64,000 nt of DNA from Candidatus Onthoplasma sp. (GCA_045637825.1 JAZUAD010000024.1:62202-126201); one strand, 5' to 3'. Positions 33,972-45,421 are shown, counted from the stretch's first letter. Notes: generated by a model from the letters alone, not told the origin. Numbers and translations: made by a program.

Positions 33972-34238
33972 CTAACCTAATTTTTTAGCCATATATGAGC
34001 TTAATCTGCTCTTCTTTCTATCTGCGTTTGACTTATGAATAACATTTTTAGATGCTGCTGAGTCAACTAGTGAAGTAACTTCGCTTAGCAACTTTGTAGC
34101 CAATTCCTTATCGCCAGCTTCAACACTTGCCTTGAATTTTTTGATATATGTATTGATTTCAGATTTAATTCTTTTATTTTCAAGTGTTTGTCTTTCGATA
34201 GTATTAATACGCTTTTTTGCTGATTTAATATTAGCCAT
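33972..34238 (-). CDS. rpsT: 30S ribosomal protein S20
   Basis: ATG 34238 after GGAGGT. MANIKSAKKRINT N-terminus. 88 aa. Confidence 0.95.
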   Translation of the reverse strand: MANIKSAKKRINTIERQTLENKRIKSEINTYIKKFKASVEAGDKELATKLLSEVTSLVDSAASKNVIHKSNADRKKSRLSSYMAKKLG

Positions 34239-34292
34239 TTCAACCTCCATCGCACCAATTATAGCAAATAAATTTGCAATATGCAAGGTTTT

Positions 34293-34321
34293 TTAACAAA
34301 ATTTTTTAATATTTCATAAAT
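34293..34321 (+). promoter_or_regulatory. candidate murI promoter placed 6 nt from the ATG (apparently leaderless)
   Basis: TTAACA 34293-34298, 17-nt spacer, ATAAAT 34316-34321, ATG at 34328. No SD upstream. Confidence 0.3.
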
Positions 34322-34327
34322 TTTACT

Positions 34328-35032
34328 ATGAAAACCTTTAGAAATTCACCAATAGGGCTAATAGATAGTGGTATTGGGGGCTTAAGTTTACTTAAAAACT
34401 TGGTCAAAAAGTATAATAACGAAAACTATATATATCTTGCCGACAATCTAAATATGCCTTACGGAAATAAAAGTGCAAAGTTTTTAAGAAACAGGATATT
34501 GGAACTGGTAGATTACTTATATTCAACCTTTAACGTAAAGTTGGTAATTATTGCGTGCAATACTGCTAGTATAACAACGCTGGACTATGTTTGCAAACAG
34601 TCGCCAATTCCAGTTTTTGGACTTGATTTAAACAACTTGATTAAAAATGCTGATACTACAATAATTTGCACCAAACTATCTGCAAAACACTATACTAATT
34701 TTAATACCTATCCTAGTGTTACTCTGGCACGTGATATTGAGGATAATATATTTGATAGTTTTACACTTAAACGAAAAGTTAATCGACTTATAACCAAGGC
34801 AAATATTGATACTAAAAATGTAGTGCTTGGTTGTACTCATTACGAACTGGTGCAAAAGGAATTTAATAAAGCGTTGCCCGATAGGAAAATTATATTACCA
34901 AGCGAGCGTTTTGTGGAAGATTTTATTATATCAAAACCTAATATAAGTGATACACAAGGTGATATACTAATGCTAGCCACATTGCCAACAAAATCTTATA
35001 TAGATAAACTTTGGAAGATATTTAAAACTTAG
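34328..35032 (+). CDS. murI: glutamate racemase
   Basis: 234 aa. IGLIDSGIGGLS, ACNTAS and GCTHY motifs. Confidence 0.9.
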   Translation: MKTFRNSPIGLIDSGIGGLSLLKNLVKKYNNENYIYLADNLNMPYGNKSAKFLRNRILELVDYLYSTFNVKLVIIACNTASITTLDYVCKQSPIPVFGLDLNNLIKNADTTIICTKLSAKHYTNFNTYPSVTLARDIEDNIFDSFTLKRKVNRLITKANIDTKNVVLGCTHYELVQKEFNKALPDRKIILPSERFVEDFIISKPNISDTQGDILMLATLPTKSYIDKLWKIFKT

Positions 35033-35112
35033 CAAATAAGCAATATAAAATTAAATGTTCGAAATTATTTATTTTTCATTATTCCTTAATTATTACATCA
35101 AAATTTCTTGTT

Positions 35113-37374
35113 TTATACATACCATTTCTTTTTGGTTTGGCGGTTTTGATTTATGTAGTTTTGATTTAGTATTTCTACCAAATATTCCTGAGGGTTTATA
35201 CTAACTTTTTCACCCACAAAGCGCTCACCAGTATATTTATTAGTTGCAACTGCGTAGTATGTAATATTACTAAAATTAAATACTTTATCATCATATAAGG
35301 CATTACTATATTCGCCTATAAATCTAATATCATTATTGGATAAGGCAAATATTTCATAACTATAATTAGGGTTACATTCAACACTGATTTTGGCTCCTTT
35401 GCTGGTAAAATTAATACCTAAATTTAAGTTCGGTGACGAGTGATTAGTTGAAATATTATCGGGAGTATTATCCTTTTTAAACAAATCATATATTTTATAA
35501 CGATCAACGGTATTATTTGGGGCAATAGTTACTATATGAGAAGTATTATAATCAATACTATCTATAGCCAATTTAACAATATTATCATTTAATTTAAAGT
35601 TAGTAGGGTAATGCTCATTATACAAAGACGATAGAATATTTTTATTAATCATTGTAGGGTAAAAACTACTACTAAAGTTATCATCTAAGCCCTTAGAGGT
35701 TGCATCGCCACACCACGTTAACGTTAAATGCTCGGTAGTGTAGGCAATATTCCAGAGGTCGGTATTTTTGCCGTTGTTTTGAGCAGTACCAGTTTTACTC
35801 GCCACTTCAAAGGGAAGGTCGCCTAATCGCTTGGCTGTGCCTTTTTTTACGCAGGTTTTAAGCATATCATTAACCAGCATGCAATTTTCCTCATTAAACA
35901 ATTGGTTAGTATATCCCTTGTTTTGATATATTATATTACCATTTTTATCTTCAATTTTATCAATGAAGGTTAGTCCTTTATCAATACCATTGTTTTGCAA
36001 TACGCTGTAGGCACGAGCAAGGGTTAAAATATTTACTCCGCCACCAATATCGCCTAAAGCGAGAGAGGGATTGCTTTGATAAGTATTAAATAGGTTTAAT
36101 TTATGCCCATATTGATTAACAATATCTAACCCTAGTTTATTAAATAGTTTTACTGCACATACATTAGAAGATAGTGCTAAAGCATCACGTACGCTTATCC
36201 AACCCTCATATTTATCACCAGCATTTTTAGGCGAATAGTCAAGTGTAAGTTTTTCATCTAGTATAGGAGTAATAGGTGATACATAATTTTCGGCAATAGC
36301 AGGAAGATATACAATTAAAGGTTTAATAGTGGAGGCAGGATTTCTGCGCATTAAACTTAAATTATAATAACTATCGCCACAATATGCTAACACTCGTCCA
36401 GCATTGTCCGCCACCAAACTAACTTTATCGGCACTAAAGGTACTGTTATGTAGCGCTTGTTTGACTGATTGTTGTATATTATCGTTTAGATATGTATATA
36501 CCTTTAATTCTTGCCTAAGCAATTCTTTTTCGCTTATATTAAGTAAGTCGCAGGCCTCTAAAATTACTTGTTGATTGTAGGAGTTATCGTAATTGTTTTT
36601 AATTATATTAACATTAACAGGTTTTATAATATTTTCATTATACTCTTGGTCGGTAATATAATTATTTTCATACATTTGCTTAAGTACTAAGTTTTTACGT
36701 TTAAAACAATTATCAGGGTGATTGATAGGTGAATAATAGGCGGGGGATTTTATTATTCCAGCCAGGATTGCAGATTCGTTAATATCTAATTCGCTAGCAG
36801 ATTTATTAAAATATAGATTGCTAGCATTTTCTATGCCATAAGCATTACTACCGAAATATATAGAGTTTAGGTACATATTGAGTATTTCTTGCTTGGAAAA
36901 ATTCTTTTCAGTTTTAATAGCTAGCATTATTTCCTTAAACTTACGGGAATAAGTTTTTTCGCTATTTAATAATATGTTTTTTACTAATTGCTGAGTAATG
37001 GTTGATGCTCCTTGCGACTTACTACCATTTTTTAAGTTTACTAAACTAGCTTTAATAATTCTTTTTAAATCATAACCATTATGCTCGTAAAAGCGCTTGT
37101 CTTCAATGGCTATAAAAGCATTTAGAGTATGTGGCTTAAGACTTTCAGTTTCAATAATTTTTTTGTCGCTAGAATAATAAATAGGGTTAATATTAGTTGT
37201 AGCAGTATTATATATTTCAATTCCGAGATTGGTTGAGGTTAATTTTGATTTGTTTAAAGGAATAGTTAAATAGGAAAAGGTTACAAAAAGTAAAACCGAA
37301 AAAAACAATAATGCAATAGTAATCAACATTGCTAAACTTATTTTTTTTAATTTATGCGTTTTAGTGGTAATCAT
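35113..37374 (-). CDS. bifunctional class A penicillin-binding protein (glycosyltransferase/transpeptidase)
   Basis: 753 aa. GT51 motifs EDKRFYEHNG and GASTITQQ. Transpeptidase motifs STIKP, SSN, KTGT. Confidence 0.9.
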   Translation of the reverse strand: MITTKTHKLKKISLAMLITIALLFFSVLLFVTFSYLTIPLNKSKLTSTNLGIEIYNTATTNINPIYYSSDKKIIETESLKPHTLNAFIAIEDKRFYEHNGYDLKRIIKASLVNLKNGSKSQGASTITQQLVKNILLNSEKTYSRKFKEIMLAIKTEKNFSKQEILNMYLNSIYFGSNAYGIENASNLYFNKSASELDINESAILAGIIKSPAYYSPINHPDNCFKRKNLVLKQMYENNYITDQEYNENIIKPVNVNIIKNNYDNSYNQQVILEACDLLNISEKELLRQELKVYTYLNDNIQQSVKQALHNSTFSADKVSLVADNAGRVLAYCGDSYYNLSLMRRNPASTIKPLIVYLPAIAENYVSPITPILDEKLTLDYSPKNAGDKYEGWISVRDALALSSNVCAVKLFNKLGLDIVNQYGHKLNLFNTYQSNPSLALGDIGGGVNILTLARAYSVLQNNGIDKGLTFIDKIEDKNGNIIYQNKGYTNQLFNEENCMLVNDMLKTCVKKGTAKRLGDLPFEVASKTGTAQNNGKNTDLWNIAYTTEHLTLTWCGDATSKGLDDNFSSSFYPTMINKNILSSLYNEHYPTNFKLNDNIVKLAIDSIDYNTSHIVTIAPNNTVDRYKIYDLFKKDNTPDNISTNHSSPNLNLGINFTSKGAKISVECNPNYSYEIFALSNNDIRFIGEYSNALYDDKVFNFSNITYYAVATNKYTGERFVGEKVSINPQEYLVEILNQNYINQNRQTKKKWYV

Positions 37375-37427
37375 TAGCGGTAGTATTTGCTTTAGTTAAT
37401 GATTTTATAAGTTTTTTAACTAAATAG

Positions 37428-37456
37428 TTGAAAAATGTATATTTTTATATTATAAT
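37428..37456 (+). promoter_or_regulatory. miaB-mutSL-miaA operon promoter (TTGAAA-17-TATAAT), ATG 9 nt after the -10 box, no SD
   Basis: TTGAAA 37428-37433, TATAAT 37451-37456, ATG 37466. Confidence 0.45.
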
Positions 37457-37465
37457 ATATTTATT

Positions 37466-38797
37466 ATGATAGAATTTAAGAATAAAAAATATAACGTGGT
37501 AACTTATGGTTGCCAAATGAATGTACACGAAAGTGAAAAGATTTCAGGAATACTTCAGGATTTGGGTATGACCTTAACCGATAAGCCAGAAAAAGCAGAT
37601 GTAGTAGTATTTAATACTTGCTGTATACGTGAGGGGGCTGAGGATAGGGCTTTTTCTAACATTTCAGCACTAAAAAAATGCAAGGCAAATAATCCTGATA
37701 TGATTATAGTGGTGTGTGGTTGTATGCCTCAACAAAAGGAAGGTAAATACGACCTTAAAAAGAAACTGCCTTTTGTAGATATTGTAATAGGCACACATAA
37801 CGTTAATATGCTAGGAAATTATTTGCAACAAGTGGCTAAATCTAAAAAGCGAGTATTCGAAATTGTAGATGCTCCTATTGATTTAACTGAAAGCAAAACC
37901 ATAGTGCGTGATGATAAGATTAACGCCTATGTAAATATTATTTATGGTTGCAATAAGTTTTGTACTTATTGTATTGTTCCGCACGTTCGTGGTAGGGAAC
38001 GTAGTCGTCCATATAAGGATATTGAGGCAGAAGTTAAAGACTTGGTATCCAAAGGATATAGATATATTACCTTGCTTGGTCAAAATGTAAATTCGTATGG
38101 TAAGGACTTAGATGAGAGAATAGATTTTGCTACACTTTTAAGAAAACTATGTAAAATTAAAGGTGAGTTTAAAATTAAATTTATGACTTCACACCCTATA
38201 GATTTTAATAAAGATGTAATTAAGGTGATGAAGGAGGAAGAAAAGGTTGCTAAATGCTTGCACCTGCCAGTACAATCTGGTAATGATGAAGTGTTATTTA
38301 AAATGAATCGTCATTATAACATCAAGCATTATAACAAGTTGATTAAGGCAACTAAGCGTGCTGTAAAAAATATTGCGCTTAGCACCGATATTATTGTAGG
38401 TTTCCCAGGTGAAACCGAAAAGGCATTTGAGGATACTGTAAAACTATTAAAAAAGGTTAAATACGACCAAGTATTTGCTTTTATGTACTCTAAGCGTACA
38501 GGTACACCTGCAGTGTTGTTGCCTAATCAAGTAGATGAGGAGATTAAAAACAAACGAGTAAATAAACTATTGCGTGAACAAAAGTTTATTTCCAAAAAGA
38601 TGTTAAATAATTGTGTGGGTAAAACTTACAATGCTTTAATTGTAATACAAAATGGTGTTACAATGGGGTTAACCGATGGGGGTAGAGAAATATATTTACC
38701 TAATGATAGCAGTGAACTGGTAAATCATTTTGTAGATATTAAAGTAGAAGATATACGTAATCATAAATTATCAGGAGTTATTAAATGGCAGAAATAA
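37466..38797 (+). CDS. miaB: tRNA (i6A37) methylthiotransferase MiaB
   Basis: 443 aa. Radical-SAM CNKFCTYC, N-terminal MTTase Cys residues, C-terminal TRAM-like region. Confidence 0.9.
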   Translation: MIEFKNKKYNVVTYGCQMNVHESEKISGILQDLGMTLTDKPEKADVVVFNTCCIREGAEDRAFSNISALKKCKANNPDMIIVVCGCMPQQKEGKYDLKKKLPFVDIVIGTHNVNMLGNYLQQVAKSKKRVFEIVDAPIDLTESKTIVRDDKINAYVNIIYGCNKFCTYCIVPHVRGRERSRPYKDIEAEVKDLVSKGYRYITLLGQNVNSYGKDLDERIDFATLLRKLCKIKGEFKIKFMTSHPIDFNKDVIKVMKEEEKVAKCLHLPVQSGNDEVLFKMNRHYNIKHYNKLIKATKRAVKNIALSTDIIVGFPGETEKAFEDTVKLLKKVKYDQVFAFMYSKRTGTPAVLLPNQVDEEIKNKRVNKLLREQKFISKKMLNNCVGKTYNALIVIQNGVTMGLTDGGREIYLPNDSSELVNHFVDIKVEDIRNHKLSGVIKWQK

Positions 38798-41352
38798 AAA
38801 GCAAAACAAAACTATCCCCAATGATGGAACGATATATTTTAATGAAGGAAAATTATAAAGACTGCATTTTATTTTATCGTTTGGGCGATTTTTATGAGAT
38901 GTTTTTTGAAGATGCTGAAATTACCAGTAGGGAACTAGGCATTACTTTAACAGGTAAAGATTGTGGTATGGAAACACGTGCACCTATGTGCGGTGTTCCT
39001 TTTCACGCATACGAAAACTATGTAGCCAAATTAATTAACAAAGGTTACAAGGTTGCTATATGCGAGCAAATGTCTGAACCAACCGCTGGGAAATTGGTTG
39101 AGCGTGAGGTGGTGCGTATTATAACCCCTGGTACAGTAATTGATTCATCTATGGTAGAAGAGCGTAGCAACACCTACATAATGAGTATATATAAGTCTAA
39201 CGACACAATATCTTTTGCGTACGCTGATATTTCAACAGGCGAACTCAGCGTTGGCAAAACCTCACAAAATGCTAATAGTTATATAAACGACCAAATTGTT
39301 TGCGTTAATCCTGCTGAAATTATTTGTAATGCGCAAATGAAGGATAGTTCTAGTAATTTACCAATTGTACAAAAAGGGAATTGTGCTAAATTTAGTCAAT
39401 ACTATGAATGGGAATATGGTTTAGATAATGCTAAAAAGCAAATATTAAATCATTATGGATTAAATAGTTTGGAAGGGTATGATTTTAACGATGCTGATTT
39501 GGTTAAGGCAATAGGTAGTTTGCTAGCATACTTACTAGAAACTCAAAAAAGGGACTTAAAACATTTAAGTTTACCTAAACTAATCAAAGATGAACAATAT
39601 ATGTATCTGGACGATAACACTAGGCGCAATTTGGAACTAGAAAAACGTATGAAAGACGGCAACAAGTCTGGCACATTACTTTGGGTGTTGGACAAGACTA
39701 CCACTAGCGCAGGTGCTAGAATGTTAAGAAACTGGGTAAATAAACCTTTACAACGTAAAGATGAAATTAATACAAGATTAAATATTGTACAGCATTTATT
39801 TAATAACGCCATGTTACGTGCAAGTTTATTAAAGGAATTAAGTCACGTTAACGATATTGAGCGCCTTGTGGCACGTTTAGCGTATGGTACAATTACTCCT
39901 AGGGAGTTTAACAGTTTGGCAGCATCTATTACACCAACCATACATATTAAGGAAATGTTAAATAACTGCCCTTGTGTTGACCTAGATAATATAGGTAAGC
40001 AAATTAAGGACCTAACATATATTGCAACTACTATTACTAATTTTGTGGCAGAAAATCCACCTGCATTATATAAAGATGGGGGATATATTAAAGTAGGTTT
40101 TAATTCTGAGTTGGATAGATTACGTAATATTAGTTCTAACAACAAGGACTATATTATTCAATATCAAGAAAAGGAACGTGAGCGTACTGGTATTAAAAAC
40201 TTAAAGGTTGGTTACAATCGTGTATTTGGTTATTATATCGAGGTTAATAAGCAATATTCTGAAATGGTACCAATGGACTATGTGCGTAAGCAAACAATAT
40301 CTAATAATGAGCGTTATATTACAGAGGAATTAAAGCAATATGAAAACGAGGTTTTAACTAGCAGTGAGCGTGCGTTAAAACTAGAAGCACAACTATATGA
40401 TGACTTTAAAGAACAAATGATGCAATATTGCACCGAATTGCAAATACTTGCTAACTTAATATCTCAAATTGATTGCTTTAATAGTTTAGCAATAGTTGCA
40501 GTAGATAACAATTACTGCAAACCTTTAATTAGCAATGACAACAAGTTGGTTATTAAAAATGGTAGACACCCTGTAATTGAAGTATTACAAAAGAAGTATG
40601 GTTTTATTGAAAATGATACTAATTTAGATTCTGCCGACAATCGTACAATGATATTAACAGGACCTAATATGGCTGGTAAAAGTACTTATATGCGTCAAGT
40701 GGCTTTAATTACTTTGATGGCACATATAGGAAGTTTTGTACCAGCAAGTGAAGCAAATGTATGTATAGTAGACCGTATATTTACTCGTATAGGGGCAAGT
40801 GATGATTTGGCTGTTGGTCAAAGTACTTTTATGGTGGAAATGATAGAGGTTAGCAATATTTTAACTTTTGCAACCAACAAAAGTTTAATTATTTTAGATG
40901 AAGTAGGTCGAGGTACATCAACACACGATGGTATGAGTATTGCTTCAGCAGTGGTGGAATATTTATCTAAAAATCTAAATTGCAAAACTTTGTTTGCTAC
41001 GCACTACCACGAACTAATGCACTTAGAAGATGAGTTAGATGGCGTTAAAAACTATTGTATATCTATTAAGGAAATTAATGGAGAATTAGTTTTCTTACGT
41101 AAAATTATGCGAGGTTCCGCAACCCGTAGTTATGGTATAGAAGTTGCATCTTTGGCAGGTATTCCTAAAAAAGTAATTAACAGAGCAAAGGAAATATTAA
41201 TCAGTTTGGAACAAAACAAGGTTAAACAAGTTTCATCTAACTCTAAACAAAATGCTGTAATAGATACGTTAAAGGGTATAGATATTAATACCTTAAGTCC
41301 AATGCTAGCGTTTGACACTTTGTTACATTTAATTGATATAGTAAAGGAGTAG
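38785..41352 (+). CDS. mutS: DNA mismatch repair protein MutS
   Basis: 855 aa. Walker A GPNMAGKST. TPMMERY / GDFYE N-terminal motifs. Confidence 0.95.
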   Translation: MAEIKSKTKLSPMMERYILMKENYKDCILFYRLGDFYEMFFEDAEITSRELGITLTGKDCGMETRAPMCGVPFHAYENYVAKLINKGYKVAICEQMSEPTAGKLVEREVVRIITPGTVIDSSMVEERSNTYIMSIYKSNDTISFAYADISTGELSVGKTSQNANSYINDQIVCVNPAEIICNAQMKDSSSNLPIVQKGNCAKFSQYYEWEYGLDNAKKQILNHYGLNSLEGYDFNDADLVKAIGSLLAYLLETQKRDLKHLSLPKLIKDEQYMYLDDNTRRNLELEKRMKDGNKSGTLLWVLDKTTTSAGARMLRNWVNKPLQRKDEINTRLNIVQHLFNNAMLRASLLKELSHVNDIERLVARLAYGTITPREFNSLAASITPTIHIKEMLNNCPCVDLDNIGKQIKDLTYIATTITNFVAENPPALYKDGGYIKVGFNSELDRLRNISSNNKDYIIQYQEKERERTGIKNLKVGYNRVFGYYIEVNKQYSEMVPMDYVRKQTISNNERYITEELKQYENEVLTSSERALKLEAQLYDDFKEQMMQYCTELQILANLISQIDCFNSLAIVAVDNNYCKPLISNDNKLVIKNGRHPVIEVLQKKYGFIENDTNLDSADNRTMILTGPNMAGKSTYMRQVALITLMAHIGSFVPASEANVCIVDRIFTRIGASDDLAVGQSTFMVEMIEVSNILTFATNKSLIILDEVGRGTSTHDGMSIASAVVEYLSKNLNCKTLFATHYHELMHLEDELDGVKNYCISIKEINGELVFLRKIMRGSATRSYGIEVASLAGIPKKVINRAKEILISLEQNKVKQVSSNSKQNAVIDTLKGIDINTLSPMLAFDTLLHLIDIVKE

Positions 41353-41358
41353 GATAAT

Positions 41359-43254
41359 ATGGCAATCAATATTTTAGATAGCGTAATAGCTAATCGAATT
41401 TCGGCAGGCGAAGTGGTAGAAAAGCCAGCTTCTATTGTAAAGGAATTAATGGATAATGCTTTAGATGCTGGAGCAACTGAAATAAGCATTGATATTATTA
41501 ATGGCGGGATTGACTTAATTGCTATTCGTGATAATGGGTCAGGCATTGAACCGGAGGATATTAAAAAGGCGTTTTTACCGCACGCTACCAGTAAAATAAG
41601 CAGTATTGATGATTTGGATAATATTGCAACACTAGGTTTTCGTGGAGAGGCGCTTGCTAGTATTTCCAGCGTGGCTCAAGTTAGTATGATTACCAAAACC
41701 TCTAAAGTAGATTATGCTAGTACACTAAGTGTTAATGGCGGAGAATTTGGAAACGTTGGGGCTACAGCAGGGCATAATGGTACTTTTATAGAAGTAAGAA
41801 ATTTGTTTTTCAATACACCTGCAAGGCGTAAATTTTTGCGACGTCCTAAAACTGAGGAAAGCGAAATAACTAACTTTATTAGTAGATATATTTTGGCACA
41901 TCCAGATATAAAAATTAAATATACCGCTAATGAAAAAGTAATTTTTGACAACAAGGGCGGAGATTTATTAAACGCAATTGCTTGTGTATATGGCTTGGAT
42001 ATAATACCAAATCTTGAGCCAATAAATTATGAAAGCGGATATGTTAAAATAAATGGTTATATAAGTAAAATCGCATTTACTAAACCTAACACAACCTATC
42101 AAACCTTGCTTGTAAACGGTAGATATGTTATTGATGAGGGAATTTCAAAGGCGGTATATTCTGCCTATGAAGAGTTTTTAATGTCTCGTCAATTTCCTTT
42201 TTATGTAATTAATTTAACTATGCCTTATAGTGAAGTTGATGTAAACGTTCACCCTAACAAATTAAATATTAAATTTAGTCACCCTAGTGAGATGTTTGAG
42301 GTGTTTTATAGGGCAGTACGACAAACTATATATAAAAGTTTGAACCCTACTAAGGATAACGAACAATCTAAAACTGTTTTTAATAATTATACTCAAACTG
42401 ATAATACGGCGCCAGCAACACACATAGTGTTTAAAGACCAAGCGGTTAATCAAGCAGAAAGTGATATATTAAAGGAAATTGAGCAATTTAACCAAAAAGT
42501 TACTGAAATTGAAACTGAAGTGGAAATAATGCCTGTTATTCAATCTGCTCAGCCAAAAACTGAGGTTGACAGCATTAAACCTGAAAAGTTTGTGGTTGAA
42601 CGTAATGCTTCAATTTTTGATGATAATACTAAACTGGAAGCATGTGAGGAACACTCAAGTTATCAGTCAATTCACAATTTTAGCGATTATCAAATTATAG
42701 GTGAAATCTTTAATGAATTTTTAATTTTACAAAAAGATGATGTAATGTTGCTAGTGGATTTTCACGCAGGGCATGAAAGATTGTTATACGACAAATTAGT
42801 TGAAAAAATAAATTCACAAAATATGGAAATACAAAATCTATTAATTCCGTATTATCATCAATTAAATGTTCAAGAAATGGACTATATTTCTTCATTGATT
42901 GATAATTTAAAATCTTTAGGTTTTGAAATTGAGCAAATAGGACCCAATCAAATTAGTGTACTAACTGTACCTGTAATATTAAGCGATATAAACTTAAAGA
43001 ATTTTATACAAGATTTGTTACACGATATGGCTAATAAAAAACCTAAATTAGTAGGCGAATTAGACCGTATTTTAATGCAAAAGGCCTGTAAATCGGCTGT
43101 TAAATCAGGAATGAGTTTAAATGAAACTCAAATAAAGCAACTATTAAAAAATCTAGACTTAAACAAACCTGTATTATTATGTCCTCATGGCAGACCTATT
43201 GTAAGCGTTATTAAGCGCTCACAAATTGAAAAATGGTTTAAAAGGATAGTGTAA
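41359..43254 (+). CDS. mutL: DNA mismatch repair protein MutL
   Basis: 631 aa. GHKL ATPase motifs (VVEKPASIVKELMDNALDA, DNGSGI, GFRGEAL). Confidence 0.95.
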   Translation: MAINILDSVIANRISAGEVVEKPASIVKELMDNALDAGATEISIDIINGGIDLIAIRDNGSGIEPEDIKKAFLPHATSKISSIDDLDNIATLGFRGEALASISSVAQVSMITKTSKVDYASTLSVNGGEFGNVGATAGHNGTFIEVRNLFFNTPARRKFLRRPKTEESEITNFISRYILAHPDIKIKYTANEKVIFDNKGGDLLNAIACVYGLDIIPNLEPINYESGYVKINGYISKIAFTKPNTTYQTLLVNGRYVIDEGISKAVYSAYEEFLMSRQFPFYVINLTMPYSEVDVNVHPNKLNIKFSHPSEMFEVFYRAVRQTIYKSLNPTKDNEQSKTVFNNYTQTDNTAPATHIVFKDQAVNQAESDILKEIEQFNQKVTEIETEVEIMPVIQSAQPKTEVDSIKPEKFVVERNASIFDDNTKLEACEEHSSYQSIHNFSDYQIIGEIFNEFLILQKDDVMLLVDFHAGHERLLYDKLVEKINSQNMEIQNLLIPYYHQLNVQEMDYISSLIDNLKSLGFEIEQIGPNQISVLTVPVILSDINLKNFIQDLLHDMANKKPKLVGELDRILMQKACKSAVKSGMSLNETQIKQLLKNLDLNKPVLLCPHGRPIVSVIKRSQIEKWFKRIV

Positions 43255-43256
43255 CT

Positions 43257-44159
43257 ATGCAAAAGATAGTAATAATTACAGGTTTTACTGGTTCTGGTAA
43301 AAGCGGGTTAGCAGTAGAAATTGCAAAAAAATATAATGGTGAAATAATTTCGTGTGATTCGGTGCAAATATATAAAGGACTTAATATAGGTTCTGCAAAA
43401 GTTACCGAGGAGGAGATGCAAGGCATACCACACTACCTTATAGATATAGTAGAACCAACTAAAGATTATAGCGTGGGTCAATTTGTTAAAGATTGTGAAA
43501 AGGCAATCCATACAATTATCGCCAAAGGTAAACTACCTATACTGGTAGGTGGTACTGGCTTATATATTAAGGCCTTACTTCAGGGCTATAGTTTTAATAA
43601 TGCCGATAAAAATGAGGAATTTAGACAACGTCAATTTGCTTTGGCTGAACAATATGGTAATCAATATGTTTGGGAACAATTACATAAAATTAATCCAAAT
43701 AAGGCAAAAACGGTACATTATAATAACCTAAAACGAGTGGTTAGATATTTGGAAATTGAAACTTTTGGCGACAACACAACCACAACAGATAGCGTGCTTA
43801 AAGATTATAATACTCTAGCAATAGGTGTTATAGGTGAACGAGAAATGATTTATAACCGAATTAATAAGCGTGTGGACATAATGTTTGATATGGGCTTGGA
43901 AGAAGAAGTTAAGGGATTAATAAATCAAGGTTTAACGCTAGAACATAATTGTATGAACACAATAGGTTATAGGGAAATGTTACAATACTTGCAAGGCGAA
44001 ATTGATTATAACAAATGCGTTGAATTAATTAAGCAACATACACGTAATTATTGCAAACGTCAACTTACATTTATGAAATCGATGCCAGAATTAAAATTGC
44101 TTAATGTGATGGAAGCACAAAAGGAAATAGAGGAGTTTTTAAATGATAAAACTAAATAA
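43257..44159 (+). CDS. miaA: tRNA dimethylallyltransferase MiaA
   Basis: 300 aa. P-loop GFTGSGKS, DSVQIYKGLNIGSAK. Confidence 0.9.
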   Translation: MQKIVIITGFTGSGKSGLAVEIAKKYNGEIISCDSVQIYKGLNIGSAKVTEEEMQGIPHYLIDIVEPTKDYSVGQFVKDCEKAIHTIIAKGKLPILVGGTGLYIKALLQGYSFNNADKNEEFRQRQFALAEQYGNQYVWEQLHKINPNKAKTVHYNNLKRVVRYLEIETFGDNTTTTDSVLKDYNTLAIGVIGEREMIYNRINKRVDIMFDMGLEEEVKGLINQGLTLEHNCMNTIGYREMLQYLQGEIDYNKCVELIKQHTRNYCKRQLTFMKSMPELKLLNVMEAQKEIEEFLNDKTK

Positions 44160-45387
44160 TAGAGTTAAGGAATTTGTACAAAATAACGAGCAATTATGTA
44201 CTGCTCGTTTTGAACAAATTGAAGATATTGAGTTTAGCAATCAATTAAAGGTACTTAATGCTTTTAATGAGGCAGGACTAGCAGAACGTCATTTTATAGG
44301 CAGTTACGGCTATGGTCATGGCGATATTGGTAAAGATATTACCAATCAAATTTTTGCCACGATTTTTAACACTCAGTCGGCAATTGCTTCGCCAATGCTT
44401 ACTTGTGGTACTGCTACAATTTCACATACTTTACTTGGAATATTGCGTCCAAATGATTTGATGTTGTGTGTTAGCGGAACTCCTTATGACACATTAAAAG
44501 ATGTACTGTTTGGAACAAGCGAAGATGTTGGCAGTTTAAAAGATTTTGGTATTAAATATGACCAAATTGACCTTGTAAATAACGATTTTGACTATGATAA
44601 TATTGTAAAATATTTAACCAATAATCAAGTTAAAATGCTGTATGTTCAACGTTCTCGTGGATATGAGTGGCGAAACGCCATTAATATTAATCAAATGTCT
44701 AAATTGTTTAAATTGGTGCGTAGTGCAAGTCCTAAAACTATAATAGTGGTAGATAATTGCTATGGTGAATTTGTTGAAAAATTAGAGCCAACTGATGTGG
44801 GCGCTGATATTGTAATGGGTTCTATGATTAAAAATATTGGTGGTGGCATAGCGCCAACTGGTGGTTATGTTGCAGGTAAGGAAAAATTGATTAATATGAT
44901 TGCTTGTCATTTATTTTCACCTGCGTTAGGTATTGATTCAGGCTCTTATAGTGAGGGCTATAAGTTGATTTTACAAGGATTGTTTGTAGCACCGCATATA
45001 GTTGCACAAGCAAAAAAAGTGGCAGTATTAACTTCGCAATGTGTTAATGCTTTGGGTTATGAAACAATACCTAGTAAAAACCAAGTAATGAGTGATATTG
45101 TATGCTCAATCAAGTTTGGCAATCCAGATATTCTTATTAAATTTTGCAGAAGTATACAACATAGTTCTCCAGTAGATAGCAATACCTTGCTAGAACCTAG
45201 TGAGATGTCTGGCTATGAGGACAAAATTATTATGGCATCTGGTAGTTTTAATCAAGGTTCAAGCATTGAACTTTCGTGTGATGCACCAATTCGTGAGCCA
45301 TATATTGCATATTTACAAGGTAGTTTAAGTTATTCTCATGGAAAAATTGCATTAATTAATGCTTTACAAAATACATTTGAATTTTAA
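44143..45387 (+). CDS. ynbB: YnbB/aluminium-resistance family PLP-dependent protein (Cys/Met metabolism fold)
   Basis: 414 aa. Family-typical GYGHGDIGKD and SMIKNIGGGIAPTGGY segments. Confidence 0.7.
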   Translation: MIKLNNRVKEFVQNNEQLCTARFEQIEDIEFSNQLKVLNAFNEAGLAERHFIGSYGYGHGDIGKDITNQIFATIFNTQSAIASPMLTCGTATISHTLLGILRPNDLMLCVSGTPYDTLKDVLFGTSEDVGSLKDFGIKYDQIDLVNNDFDYDNIVKYLTNNQVKMLYVQRSRGYEWRNAININQMSKLFKLVRSASPKTIIVVDNCYGEFVEKLEPTDVGADIVMGSMIKNIGGGIAPTGGYVAGKEKLINMIACHLFSPALGIDSGSYSEGYKLILQGLFVAPHIVAQAKKVAVLTSQCVNALGYETIPSKNQVMSDIVCSIKFGNPDILIKFCRSIQHSSPVDSNTLLEPSEMSGYEDKIIMASGSFNQGSSIELSCDAPIREPYIAYLQGSLSYSHGKIALINALQNTFEF

Positions 45388-45389
45388 AT

Positions 45390-45421
45390 AAAAAAATATC
45401 TCATTACGAGATATTTTTTTC
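45390..45421. terminator. bidirectional terminator at the convergence of the plus- and minus-strand gene blocks
   Basis: AAAAAATATCTC-ATTAC-GAGATATTTTTTT. Confidence 0.8.
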